Assembly (NCBI GenBank): GCA_964410585.1
Contig: CAYPFW010000001.1
Location: forward strand, 536,454-600,453
Source: an uncultured archaeon
Lineage (GTDB): Archaea > Aenigmatarchaeota > Aenigmatarchaeia > QMZP01 > JACQNV01
Length of the DNA stretch: 64,000 nt
Direction: 5' to 3'
How positions within the stretch are numbered: position 1 is the stretch's first letter; every line of letters starts with the position of its first letter. Of the stretch, positions 10,331 to 20,523 are shown one piece after another. The notes beneath the pieces are model-generated. The model saw only the letters and a list, made by a program, of their open reading frames with translations, had not been told where the DNA came from and did no database searches. A program made the position numbers and the translations under genes.

Positions 10331-10384
10331 TGTAAACCCTTTCTTTCTGGGTTATGAGGCTCTTTCTTTGGAAAGAAAGAGGGC
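10331..10384 (-). repeat. Dispersed repeat family 2 (TTTCTTT/AAAGAAA hairpin ... GGTTTACA)
   Basis: Minus strand CCCTCTTTCTTTCCAAAGAAAGAGCCTCATAACCC...GGTTTACA matches 52318-52370 and 53435-53494. Confidence 0.65.
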
Positions 10385-10388
10385 ATAT

Positions 10389-11483
10389 ATGGACGCATTT
10401 GAAGTATTCAAAATAATAATTGGGATTGTCATAGGTGTGTTTATCCTATTTTTCATGCTCAATTTCACAGGCCTCTATTCAACTTATCAACAAGAATCAA
10501 TAGAGGTCACCCATCTCAAAAACTTCAAAAGAGTTTTGCAAGACGTCTACCTCTCCGACACACCAGCTGTTTTCAGGATGAAAATAGATACAGACTATAA
10601 TCCTCCCAAAATATCCTTGTACACAAAAGCAGGGAATGTTTTAGATACGAGAATCCCAGTCCCATTTTTTTACAAAACAGCTGAAAAAGACAAGGATGTG
10701 ATTGGTTATAGCGGTTTTGTAGACCACGGTTTCACAAAATTCAAGTTCGCTGGCGTCTTCCCTGCTAAAAATTTCTTCTTCAACATTGTACCTTTTTCAA
10801 ACCAATCATTTGGAATTGTAAGCAGCCTCACCCAAATACTTCCAGGAGCCGAAGACCCGCCAATGTTCTACGGCTTTTGTTTCAACGACGATGACTATCT
10901 GTTTTATCCACAACCAAGCAAGACAGGCTTCTTGAATGACGTAAACCAAATAATAGAATACACATCAAAGATAGATCCAAACTGGAAACCAAAGGATAAA
11001 AAAATCGACTTCTGCACAAAACAAAGAGACGCGAACGATATAATAATCACAGTTACAGATCAGGAAAATTTCCCAGAAAATGGTTTCTTGGTGAAACCAG
11101 ATGGAAGGTTAGGAAAAGTTTTCTTCAAAGAAAGCACACAACCTAGGGCCTTAATTTACAAAGATGAGCTTGATGTTCTTGCAGCCATTGCTGGTGGTGA
11201 ACAAGCATACAAATACAAAAACACAGAGCAAATGACTTTCCTAGAAATCGCAGCAAAGTCTGAAATAGAAAGGGCAAATAACTTGGCATTTGCTTTCCAA
11301 AATTCAAAACCGCTATGCAGCAGCCTATTTGAGGACGCAAAATCTGTCCTTACAAAATTCAAGGATTCAGTAGGAAAGATGAAAACCAAATTCAACGACA
11401 TGTCAACTGTTGTTGAATATTCAGATTTAGAGAATCAGGTTAAAGAAAAATACAAGGAGTTGGAATCACAGAATTGTGTATGA
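10389..11483 (+). CDS. Pilin-like/membrane-anchored protein
   Basis: N-terminal hydrophobic helix MDAFEVFKIIIGIVIG. Confidence 0.6.
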   Translation: MDAFEVFKIIIGIVIGVFILFFMLNFTGLYSTYQQESIEVTHLKNFKRVLQDVYLSDTPAVFRMKIDTDYNPPKISLYTKAGNVLDTRIPVPFFYKTAEKDKDVIGYSGFVDHGFTKFKFAGVFPAKNFFFNIVPFSNQSFGIVSSLTQILPGAEDPPMFYGFCFNDDDYLFYPQPSKTGFLNDVNQIIEYTSKIDPNWKPKDKKIDFCTKQRDANDIIITVTDQENFPENGFLVKPDGRLGKVFFKESTQPRALIYKDELDVLAAIAGGEQAYKYKNTEQMTFLEIAAKSEIERANNLAFAFQNSKPLCSSLFEDAKSVLTKFKDSVGKMKTKFNDMSTVVEYSDLENQVKEKYKELESQNCV

Positions 11484-11543
11484 GCTAGCCTTTTTCTTAG
11501 AAAGAAAAAGGTTACCGTATCCAAAAAGAACTAATATAGAAAT

Positions 11544-12050
11544 ATGAAAATGAAAAAGGGACAGGGAGCAATGTTGGACGACATACTAATGGCAGTCTTT
11601 ATTTTAATTATTATAGTGATGGCAGTATTTTTCGTATTTGGATTGCAGCTCGGCAGCTCGAAAACAGAGCAAACAATCGAAAGGGTCAAGGAGACAATTT
11701 TCACAACAGATTATTTTATGCAATCACCTTTGCTTTCCAAAGAGCCAAGGGTTTTGGACGATTCAAAGCTAGCAAACTTTATTTCAGACAAAGGTTGCGA
11801 AGACCTGAAAAAAATTATAGGCAAACAGAAAATGTGCATCCAAGTTGAAAAGATACTTTTGTCAGGGGAAAAAGAATACCAGTGTATAGAAGGCCAGTTT
11901 TCAGAATGCACAAAGTGGGAAATGTGTTCAAATGATTGCGTTGATTTGGAAGGAAAATCTACAATAATCGAGTCGCCTGTAAATATACATAGGGCGACAA
12001 AAAACAAAAATGAACTAGGATTAATTAGGGTAAAGTTACCAGTCGAGTGA
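11544..12050 (+). CDS. Class III signal-peptide pilin-like protein
   Basis: MKKG/QGAM followed by a hydrophobic helix. Confidence 0.75.
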   Translation: MKMKKGQGAMLDDILMAVFILIIIVMAVFFVFGLQLGSSKTEQTIERVKETIFTTDYFMQSPLLSKEPRVLDDSKLANFISDKGCEDLKKIIGKQKMCIQVEKILLSGEKEYQCIEGQFSECTKWEMCSNDCVDLEGKSTIIESPVNIHRATKNKNELGLIRVKLPVE

Positions 12051-12051
12051 T

Positions 12052-12513
12052 ATGAAAAAACTAAAGGCTCAGGTAAATATGATCGCAGTTGTCTTGATTT
12101 TGGTAGTTTTTTTAATCTTGGCTCTTTTTTTAGCCTCTAGCTTGCAGACAGTTGGACTAAATGAGAGGATTAATTTTTACACAAATAACTTGCTGATTTC
12201 CTTCCTGAAAACAGACACAGGGCACACAGCTAACCCACAGCAATGCGAAACAATGTCTGACCTCATATACTGCTCTGTTGTTACACCACATTTCCAATGC
12301 TCTGGGAATCCATGCGACCAAGAAGCACTGACACTCACAGATGTTTATTTGTCCAAAACAACAGAAAAATCAGGCTTTGACTACTATTTTGTTTGGGGCG
12401 ACAAGAAATCAGGAAATGAAAAAATCCTTTCTGGCCAAACATTCAAATCAATAACAAGAATCGAGAAAAAACAAGGCGTGATAAACGCGACATTGTATAT
12501 AGGAAAGGCGTAG
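12052..12513 (+). CDS. Class III signal-peptide pilin-like protein
   Basis: KKLKA/QVNM followed by a hydrophobic helix. Confidence 0.75.
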   Translation: MKKLKAQVNMIAVVLILVVFLILALFLASSLQTVGLNERINFYTNNLLISFLKTDTGHTANPQQCETMSDLIYCSVVTPHFQCSGNPCDQEALTLTDVYLSKTTEKSGFDYYFVWGDKKSGNEKILSGQTFKSITRIEKKQGVINATLYIGKA

Positions 12514-12563
12514 GCGGAACACAGGTCCTTTTTTATTTCTTTTGGATAAAATATCCAAATCTT

Positions 12564-13907
12564 ATGCCAGATATTGTTTTAAGCTCATCCCAAGAAACTG
12601 CACTTGCTCAGCTGCGCGAGCATCTTTCTGTAGACGATAGCCAAGATAGAAGGATTATTTTAGTTGAGAGTTTAAGTGGAGTTGGGAAAAGCACAGTAAT
12701 TGAAAGGATAAAACCTGAATTTGGAAGGCACAGACTTTTACCAACAGAATATTTGTGGTATGAAGATAATTTGTTGAGAATACTGAAAGATGCAGGAGGA
12801 CACATTGTTACTTCAACTAATCCATTTTATTCTCCAAAAATCAGGGCATCTGTTGCAAGAATTAAAGACCCGCAAAAATATGATATTTTTGAATATGACT
12901 GGGATCCAAACATGAATCTTGGGCTTCATTCAGTAGATGTTCAGGGAATGGATGAAGAGGAAATGAGAATGTATATAGAATCAAAAGGCCCGCATCCAAT
13001 GTCTGTGGATGATCTTGTTGAATTTTCACTTGGTGTTCCTGGCCTTGCAAATTCTTTGATGACAATTCCACATATCACTCCAGAAATCGCAGCAAGGCAG
13101 GCTGCTGTTTATCTTTTTGGACAATTTGAGCATCGATGGGAAGCTGAAGAGCGAGCTGCTAGATTTCTAAAAATCCAGCCATCTAAAAGGGTCAAAAAAG
13201 CAATGACTCGAGTGCAAGACGTTCATGGTCCTGGAAAAAAATCAATCTATGATAGGCTTCCAGGTTTGAGAGCACACTACGGTATAGATGATGATGTTGA
13301 TGTAGCTTTCTTGGCTCCTGAAAGTATTGGAATATACGACGAGTCTATTGGTAAACATGGGATTGGAATTTCTATATACTTTCCAAAGCTAACAGAAGAA
13401 CATTTCTACACTGTCATGGAAATGTTGGGATTCAGAAGAGAACAAAAAGATTTTGGCGAAAAACATGGAAGGCCTAAGCGTTGGTTTGCTTTTGATGTTG
13501 ATCACAAGGAACTTAAATTGTATGGAAGACACGCAAACGGGGAAGAATATGGAAGACTTGAATGGGAAAAACCAGAGGCCTATGTAATGAAATGGTTGAG
13601 GGAAGACTCAGATGCCGTAAGGCAATTAATTGCAGATAGATCAATTCCATTTCCACAAGAAGATGGCGATTTTTGTGTTAGGACATATGTTAACGATCAT
13701 GGGGCAGCTAACTATCAACCAATTAATTTTGGATGGATGGTTGAAAGTTTTTGCCAGCAAACAGGAATACCTTATTTGGCTTTCAATGGTATGGTTGGAA
13801 AGACTTATGTCTATGATCCAAGAACACAAAGATTAAATGTATTTGATGGTGCAAAGGCTGAACAAATAAACTCTTCTTTACATGAATTAAGGATGAAGAG
13901 GAGATAG
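12564..13907 (+). CDS. Hypothetical protein with N-terminal P-loop-like motif
   Basis: ILVESLSGVGKST (degenerate Walker A). Confidence 0.6.
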   Translation: MPDIVLSSSQETALAQLREHLSVDDSQDRRIILVESLSGVGKSTVIERIKPEFGRHRLLPTEYLWYEDNLLRILKDAGGHIVTSTNPFYSPKIRASVARIKDPQKYDIFEYDWDPNMNLGLHSVDVQGMDEEEMRMYIESKGPHPMSVDDLVEFSLGVPGLANSLMTIPHITPEIAARQAAVYLFGQFEHRWEAEERAARFLKIQPSKRVKKAMTRVQDVHGPGKKSIYDRLPGLRAHYGIDDDVDVAFLAPESIGIYDESIGKHGIGISIYFPKLTEEHFYTVMEMLGFRREQKDFGEKHGRPKRWFAFDVDHKELKLYGRHANGEEYGRLEWEKPEAYVMKWLREDSDAVRQLIADRSIPFPQEDGDFCVRTYVNDHGAANYQPINFGWMVESFCQQTGIPYLAFNGMVGKTYVYDPRTQRLNVFDGAKAEQINSSLHELRMKRR

Positions 13908-13978
13908 CCAGCTAAAAGTGTAGGTTCTTATTATACATATAGTATATAAGCATTCTGAGCCAAAATACAATATTCGAT

Positions 13979-15841
13979 ATGCTGAAAGGACAATCCCAAC
14001 TGCTTATAGTCATCGGTATTTTGGTATTTGTGATAGTTGTTGTGCTATTTGCGACAAATACAATTAACCTCTTGCCTCCAGAACCTAAGGAAATCAGCCA
14101 ACTAAAAGGGGCCTTAAAGGTTGAAGTTGACCAAAAATTAAGGGCAGATGCTTTTGAAGTTGTTAAAAAAGTCAGCGAGCAAGGAGGATATTGGCTTTCT
14201 TCTGAACAACCTCAATCTGTTTCCTATAAAGGCGCTGATGTTGCTTACTGGAGATTAGGTAACCAAAACTTAGCTAGGACGAGACAGCAGGTTGCAGCTG
14301 AAATAGCAAGAGGTTTGAGAGAATCTGTCTCTAGCCTAAACCCAGGGGATTTGTCTTCAAAGATTGGAAAAACAGTTGTAGTCGGCCCTGTCCAAGCTGC
14401 TGATGTTGTGATAAAAGATGATGAAGTTACATTGAAAATCAATATTCCTATTACATTAGAAGGCTATCCTCTTCAAAATCCTTTAGAGATTTCTGTGCCT
14501 ACAAAACTAGGGCAGGCTTTGGATTTTGCAAATGATTTAATTGAAAAAGAGACAAGATCAAATGACGATTTGGAAAGCAAGCCATTTGAAAAAGCTTTGG
14601 CTGTTTCTCTTGTCAGTTACCAGTCATTAGGAATAGATGGCGGCCCTAAAGTGCCTACAATGGGTGTCTTAGAAGGTTGCGGAAAATCATTCCACAGGGA
14701 TTGGTTCTCAGTTAAACCAGAAATGGAAGATCTTCTTCAAGGAGCTTTGACAAACACATTTACAGCAGGGCGGTATGTTGAAAACATAGCAGACAAATCA
14801 AGATACCCAGCAACTGTGCTTCCGGTTTACACAAACATGAAGGCTAAATTCTCTTTAGGCGAAGGATTGAATGAAAACAATTTCCAAATGGCCCCAAATC
14901 CTGTAGAAGTGAAAACATCGGTCCCTTCATATGTTTCTGTTTGCATTTCAAACCCATACAGGGTAGACTATTGGCTGCTCCTACCTATTGTTGCTGAATT
15001 AAAGGACGAAGATTTCAAGTTCCAGTTTGCTTTCCATGTTTTCTTGGTTGGATATGAACCTGGGAAAGATGACGATCTTCAAGTCAATTTAGATGGCTGG
15101 AAAGAACAGCTTTTGACATGCAAGAATGCTTTGTGTGATGCGAAAATAAAGGTTGCAGATGGTACAGGACCAGTTGAACTTGCATCTGTTTCATACTCAG
15201 GCTGCAACTTAGGTTTGACAAATACAGAAGGTGTTTTGGAATCAAAAGTACCGTGCGGTATATCGCTTTTAGAAGTCTCAAAAGGCGGCTACACCCAATT
15301 CAAAGACCTCTATAGCTCAGAGGAATTAAAAGATAAAAACATCTATTTGACTTCAAAAAAAATTCCAACGGTGAAAATCAACTTGTACAATATTATACTT
15401 CAAGAAAACAATGGCAAATACACAGTGAAGGACGTGAAGCTAAATGACAAGGAAACAACAATTGCAATAGCATCTGAAAACAAGCAGACAGGGATCACAT
15501 TTTTAGAGCAAACGACAAAACCTTTCTTGGCAACAGACATTGTCCCTTCAGGGATTGTTGATCTTTCTGTGATAGTAAGGGATGGAAGGAAGACATTGGG
15601 TGGCCTACTTTTGCCTTATTATATATCTTCATACGATCAAGAAATTTGGCTCTATTCACCGATTACAGAAACTGGTTTAATCTCACAGAAGACAGATGGA
15701 GCTGACCAGGCTTCAGAGGAAGGTTCTTATGTTTTTGCACTAACTAATGTATCAGTACAATGTGGCCTGAAACTAGGCCAAACACTCCCAATATCAAACT
15801 ATCCTGTTGATATTGCAACGATAAAAGGTTGTGTTGTCTAA
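13979..15841 (+). CDS. Large class III signal-peptide protein (paralog of 23339-25219)
   Basis: MLKG/QSQLLIVIG; QGGY and CNLGLTN..G....KVPC shared with the paralog. Confidence 0.8.
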   Translation: MLKGQSQLLIVIGILVFVIVVVLFATNTINLLPPEPKEISQLKGALKVEVDQKLRADAFEVVKKVSEQGGYWLSSEQPQSVSYKGADVAYWRLGNQNLARTRQQVAAEIARGLRESVSSLNPGDLSSKIGKTVVVGPVQAADVVIKDDEVTLKINIPITLEGYPLQNPLEISVPTKLGQALDFANDLIEKETRSNDDLESKPFEKALAVSLVSYQSLGIDGGPKVPTMGVLEGCGKSFHRDWFSVKPEMEDLLQGALTNTFTAGRYVENIADKSRYPATVLPVYTNMKAKFSLGEGLNENNFQMAPNPVEVKTSVPSYVSVCISNPYRVDYWLLLPIVAELKDEDFKFQFAFHVFLVGYEPGKDDDLQVNLDGWKEQLLTCKNALCDAKIKVADGTGPVELASVSYSGCNLGLTNTEGVLESKVPCGISLLEVSKGGYTQFKDLYSSEELKDKNIYLTSKKIPTVKINLYNIILQENNGKYTVKDVKLNDKETTIAIASENKQTGITFLEQTTKPFLATDIVPSGIVDLSVIVRDGRKTLGGLLLPYYISSYDQEIWLYSPITETGLISQKTDGADQASEEGSYVFALTNVSVQCGLKLGQTLPISNYPVDIATIKGCVV

Positions 15842-15943
15842 CTAGGCAGTTGGCTATTAGTTTAACTGCGTGTATCGTCAGAGAGATACAATCTCTCCAG
15901 GATGTAAGTTTCATTGAGCAGATGAACATCCAAACCAATTAGT

Positions 15944-18900
15944 ATGAAAACACGAAGTAAGTTCGCAGCAACAATTGCAGTTTTTTGCATTTATTTAATG
16001 TTAACTCTACCTATTGCCTTTGCACAAACAACAGGCCATTATATCCAAGTTAATATCAAAAGTTCAGATGGATCCAAAACATTGGGAACAGCTAACCTCC
16101 CCTCATTTGATACACTTATTACAAAGGAAATAAAACCAGTTGAGGAGCAAAATAACATTTTCATTAAGCTTGATTTCACAGGAAGACAACACCAAATAAA
16201 GAAAGGGTATGTCTGGCTTTGCAAGAGCTCACTTATTGATTCGTGTTTGAAAGGCAATCAACCATCATATACTTTTGAAAAGTTTTTACAAGAAAAAAGA
16301 GTTTGGTCAGATGTAGGTGATTTGAGCGGTGGAGCAAACAAATTCCCACAAACAGGAAACCTGTTCACTTTGATAAACCTAAATGTAAATGGCCAAGATG
16401 TTTGGATAGGTTCATTTGATGTTGTCACAAGGACAGGTTCAAGGGTTTCAGAATTTACAACAAAATCATCAGACCTCAGCACTGTTGATGTGCTTTTGAA
16501 AGAAGATTCTTTTGCAAATATAACAAGAGATTTTATTTCAAATAATTTTGTTTTGCCAAAAAGATGGTTGAAAGAAGCAAACTCAATCATATTAGGAACA
16601 GTAAACAATAAGATACCAAAAGCAATCCAACACTTTGGTTTCCAATCAACTCAATCACCTGAAAGCTTCAATCCTCCTGGAAAGGTCCCAGGTAACTTGA
16701 TTTCACCGGAAACATTCAACCAGTACGAGCTTCTTTTTGGAGAAGGTTCGCTTTCCAATCCTATCACAGTTTTCAACAATCCTTCAGGAACATGCGGCAA
16801 CAACCAATGTGAATCTAATTTAGGTGAAACATCAGCCAATTGCTGCAATGACTGTAGCTGCTCTGTGCAAGGATTTGTGTGCAACAAAGATCAGAGAGAC
16901 CAAAATAAGCCAGGAGTTTGTACAGACACATCAACACTCCAACTCATCAACAGAGGGGTCAAAAAAACAAACTTCAAAACATGTGAAATAGACAACAAAG
17001 TCGAAGTTTCTGTTGAAGTTGTGAATGCACCTGCTGGCACACAAGTGAATGACTTCTTTTACCAATTAGACAACAAGACAAAAACAGATATTAATTGTAA
17101 CCAAGCACAGGGAACAAACAAACTCATCTACGACTGTGAGTTTACAATAGAATCTTCTGAAGATTGCAGGAGAGGCCCACCACAAACCTTGAAGAACAAT
17201 GCAATTTATACAAGCGTTGTTTTGCCTGACAGTTCAATAAAGGAATTAAACACACCAATAAGCGATTTCACAATTCAACAATCATTTGAAAGCTTCAATG
17301 ACATAACAGATTTCACGCAAAGAAAATTAAAGTCTACAAGTGATAGATTAGAAAAGGGTGTTAATGAAGCAGAAGACCTCATTGATACATGCGTTGGTTT
17401 CATCAAAAATGCAGTTAATTTCGCATATGTAATGGTTGCTTTCAGCCTTCTTGCTGTTGGTAAACAACTTGGTTTGGGGGAAACTAAAATTCCATTTACA
17501 AATGCTCAACCTTTCCACTGGCTTCTCGGTGACGCTCCAAAAGATACACCAGCAACAACTGCTGCAGCAGGTGGATCTAATCAACCATCGGCAGTAGTAA
17601 ATATAAACCCAGCCGGACTTCAAAACTCAGCTCAATCAGCTCTTTTCGGCGCATCTAAAACATTCCTAGAATCTATTGGTGTTGTTGTTGACACTGGTTT
17701 GAGTATTTGCGAAGTTGCAAATACTTTACTTCAAGTTTATGTAAAAATATCAGAGGCTTTGACATCTTTCACAACATTTGAGGTTTGTGTAAAAACTTAC
17801 CAGAACATGATTGGAAGAGGTGCATGCACAGGAAATGATCCAGATAATCCAGAAGCTTCTATTTCAGCTGCGCTTCAATGTACATCACAATTACAGCAAT
17901 GTACAGGATATTTGACACAGGCATCGAGCCAACTAGATGGTTTGAGCCAACACACACAAACAGCATCTGAGAAATTTAAGAAAAGGATACCTGCAGGATC
18001 AAAAACAGTCAGCTTCTATTTAGAGGAACAAAACGCGGGGAAGGTTCAGAATACATGCGATGATAGGAATGTGCTGATTGGAATAGTTACGCAAGCATGC
18101 GAAGGCGACGCTAAAGTTTCAATGCAAAAAACATCAACAACATCAGCTGCATCTGATATCCAACTTTATACTTCAAACATAAATTCAGAGATAGCAAACA
18201 TAAGGTCTTTGATCACACAGCTAACAAACACACCACCTGTTTTGAACACAGCGCAAGACACAGCAAACGTTGATAGTCAAGAAAGGAGTTTGAAAACATC
18301 TGCTGTGAACATACAAAACTATGCAGACCAAATATTCACATCATCTTCTGCTCTTCCAAATGTAAAGGCTGCGTCTGTTGAAATAAAAACAAAAGCAGGT
18401 GTGATTGTTGCTTTAAAAACAAGGGCAGATCAGCCTCCTCAACCTTTGAGAGACCAAGCAAGCACAATAAGGAACAATCTAAATGATGCAGAATTCCAAG
18501 TGAAAAAAATAGAAGACGACATTAAAGCTTCAGGCCAACCAAAAGACATCACATCGTCTGTGTATGGTCCTTGGGCAACACTAACACCAGCTTCAAACAT
18601 TTTCAACGAAGGCGATGGAAGATATGTATTCACATTTGAATGTCCAGGAGTGAATGCAAAGAGCTTGCCTGTTGATTATGTCAAAGATTGTTCTGGAATA
18701 AAAAGAGCTCCACTTCAAAGCGTTGGTGTTTCAGGACCAAGTTCTAAATTCCATTTACAAATTGTTGAAGTTAAAAACGGAAACGGGGTTCCTTTGAGAA
18801 AGCAGTTGATTGGATCTGAGACAAAATACTTTACAAACACAAACAAAGTTGATGTAAAATTAAATAACATTGATGTCGAAAATCAAGCATCTGGTCAACA

Positions 18901-20479
18901 ACAGCTTAAATCCTGCTACCTTAAGGGTGAAGCTGGCATTTTCGGCAAAGATGTTTTCAAAAACTCATTCACAGCAGCCGGAATACTAAAAGCAACAACA
19001 AGCTTTACATTAGATGACAAATACGATAAAAAAGATGTTTCACTTACATATTTCTGCGAGGGCATCAATGGAGATACAGACTCGTCAGCAAAGGAAACAA
19101 TTATACTAGATAAAAGTTTAACTGATGCACAGATACAAGGCACAGTGCCGCAAGCAACTGGACAAATCCCAACAACAGGAAATGTTGTTCAAGTGAATGC
19201 AATTGCAAATGAAGTTGCTCCAGCAACACTTCAAGTCACGCTTTCTGTTGGTTCTGGAACCTTCCAGTCAAATGGTATAGACCACTGCAAAGTTAAGTGG
19301 GGAGATTCAACACCCGACACAGCTGTTACAGGAAGCGGACAGCAGGTCACGCATACCTACAACCCAGCTACTGGAAGCCCATTCGTTGTGTATGCATGCT
19401 ATAAGGATGCAACTGAAACACAAACAATAACATCTGCCACAGGACCTGTTGGGAAGGGGACATTTACTTTGCCGTTTGGTGGAGCTGGTGGAACAACTCC
19501 GGCTCCAACACAACCACAAGGAAGACTAAGTCCAACAATAGTTTCAGTCAATCCTCAATCAGGTTCAACAATCACACAGGGCCAGCAATTCCCAATACAG
19601 GTTATAGGTAGAGACGATCCTGGATTATCAGTAAAAGTTGAGTATGATTTAGACACAGGGACATTTGTAACTTCACTCAATCAAATAATTGCATCTGCCA
19701 ATGGTGAGTTCCAAGATACATATACAGTACCACCATTTAATACACAAGGATTGAGAACAATAATAATTAGAGTTACCGATGTTGATGGACAATCAACTAA
19801 CACCACATTAAAAATAAATGTTACTCAACCATTAGCCCCCTCATCACCATCTTCTAACCCACCAACCATAGTTATAGTTTCCCCTACACAAAACCAAAAT
19901 ATAGAACCAAATAAACAATTTGATGTTGTTATTGATGGGTCTGATGATAGAACAGGATCTTTAGTCACACTTACACTTGATTTTGGTGCAGGAGTTAGCC
20001 AAGGAACAACATTTAGTGTTCCTGTCAATGTTAATGGAGGGTTTACATACACATATACAAACCCCGGATTCCCAACAAGCGCAGTTGGCTCAACAAAAAC
20101 AATAACAGTCAAAGCAACCGATTCTACTGGACAAACAGACACAGAAACAACACGAATAGTAATACAAAACCAAGCCGTTATATTTGGTTCACAAAAAGTG
20201 ACCAACTTCGGTGGTGCAAAACAAACTAACGGAGATAGAACTTTTTCATGGTCACCTCTACAAGGTGCAACAAAATACATTGTTTATGGGTCAGATAGAC
20301 AAGATGTTATGAGATATCTTTTGTACGATTCAGAATCTTGGGGAGATACAATCACAAGTGGTTCATACACATTACCAAACGGTAGACTGTCAAGCAACTT
20401 ACAGCTTTATTTTGTGGTTGTTGCTGAAAACTCAGCTGGAACAAAAAGCCAACTAAGCGATCGTGTTGGTCCCTTCTAA
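15944..20479 (+). CDS. 1511-aa secreted Cys-rich surface protein with C-terminal PKD/Ig/FN3-like modules
   Basis: Signal peptide; CGNNQCE..GETSANCCNDC; WGDSTP..THTY; two repeated Ig-like units. Confidence 0.75.
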   Translation: MKTRSKFAATIAVFCIYLMLTLPIAFAQTTGHYIQVNIKSSDGSKTLGTANLPSFDTLITKEIKPVEEQNNIFIKLDFTGRQHQIKKGYVWLCKSSLIDSCLKGNQPSYTFEKFLQEKRVWSDVGDLSGGANKFPQTGNLFTLINLNVNGQDVWIGSFDVVTRTGSRVSEFTTKSSDLSTVDVLLKEDSFANITRDFISNNFVLPKRWLKEANSIILGTVNNKIPKAIQHFGFQSTQSPESFNPPGKVPGNLISPETFNQYELLFGEGSLSNPITVFNNPSGTCGNNQCESNLGETSANCCNDCSCSVQGFVCNKDQRDQNKPGVCTDTSTLQLINRGVKKTNFKTCEIDNKVEVSVEVVNAPAGTQVNDFFYQLDNKTKTDINCNQAQGTNKLIYDCEFTIESSEDCRRGPPQTLKNNAIYTSVVLPDSSIKELNTPISDFTIQQSFESFNDITDFTQRKLKSTSDRLEKGVNEAEDLIDTCVGFIKNAVNFAYVMVAFSLLAVGKQLGLGETKIPFTNAQPFHWLLGDAPKDTPATTAAAGGSNQPSAVVNINPAGLQNSAQSALFGASKTFLESIGVVVDTGLSICEVANTLLQVYVKISEALTSFTTFEVCVKTYQNMIGRGACTGNDPDNPEASISAALQCTSQLQQCTGYLTQASSQLDGLSQHTQTASEKFKKRIPAGSKTVSFYLEEQNAGKVQNTCDDRNVLIGIVTQACEGDAKVSMQKTSTTSAASDIQLYTSNINSEIANIRSLITQLTNTPPVLNTAQDTANVDSQERSLKTSAVNIQNYADQIFTSSSALPNVKAASVEIKTKAGVIVALKTRADQPPQPLRDQASTIRNNLNDAEFQVKKIEDDIKASGQPKDITSSVYGPWATLTPASNIFNEGDGRYVFTFECPGVNAKSLPVDYVKDCSGIKRAPLQSVGVSGPSSKFHLQIVEVKNGNGVPLRKQLIGSETKYFTNTNKVDVKLNNIDVENQASGQQQLKSCYLKGEAGIFGKDVFKNSFTAAGILKATTSFTLDDKYDKKDVSLTYFCEGINGDTDSSAKETIILDKSLTDAQIQGTVPQATGQIPTTGNVVQVNAIANEVAPATLQVTLSVGSGTFQSNGIDHCKVKWGDSTPDTAVTGSGQQVTHTYNPATGSPFVVYACYKDATETQTITSATGPVGKGTFTLPFGGAGGTTPAPTQPQGRLSPTIVSVNPQSGSTITQGQQFPIQVIGRDDPGLSVKVEYDLDTGTFVTSLNQIIASANGEFQDTYTVPPFNTQGLRTIIIRVTDVDGQSTNTTLKINVTQPLAPSSPSSNPPTIVIVSPTQNQNIEPNKQFDVVIDGSDDRTGSLVTLTLDFGAGVSQGTTFSVPVNVNGGFTYTYTNPGFPTSAVGSTKTITVKATDSTGQTDTETTRIVIQNQAVIFGSQKVTNFGGAKQTNGDRTFSWSPLQGATKYIVYGSDRQDVMRYLLYDSESWGDTITSGSYTLPNGRLSSNLQLYFVVVAENSAGTKSQLSDRVGPF

Positions 20480-20523
20480 GATAAGCTTAAATGTTTTTCT
20501 TCTAATTGTTATCTGGTGATCAA

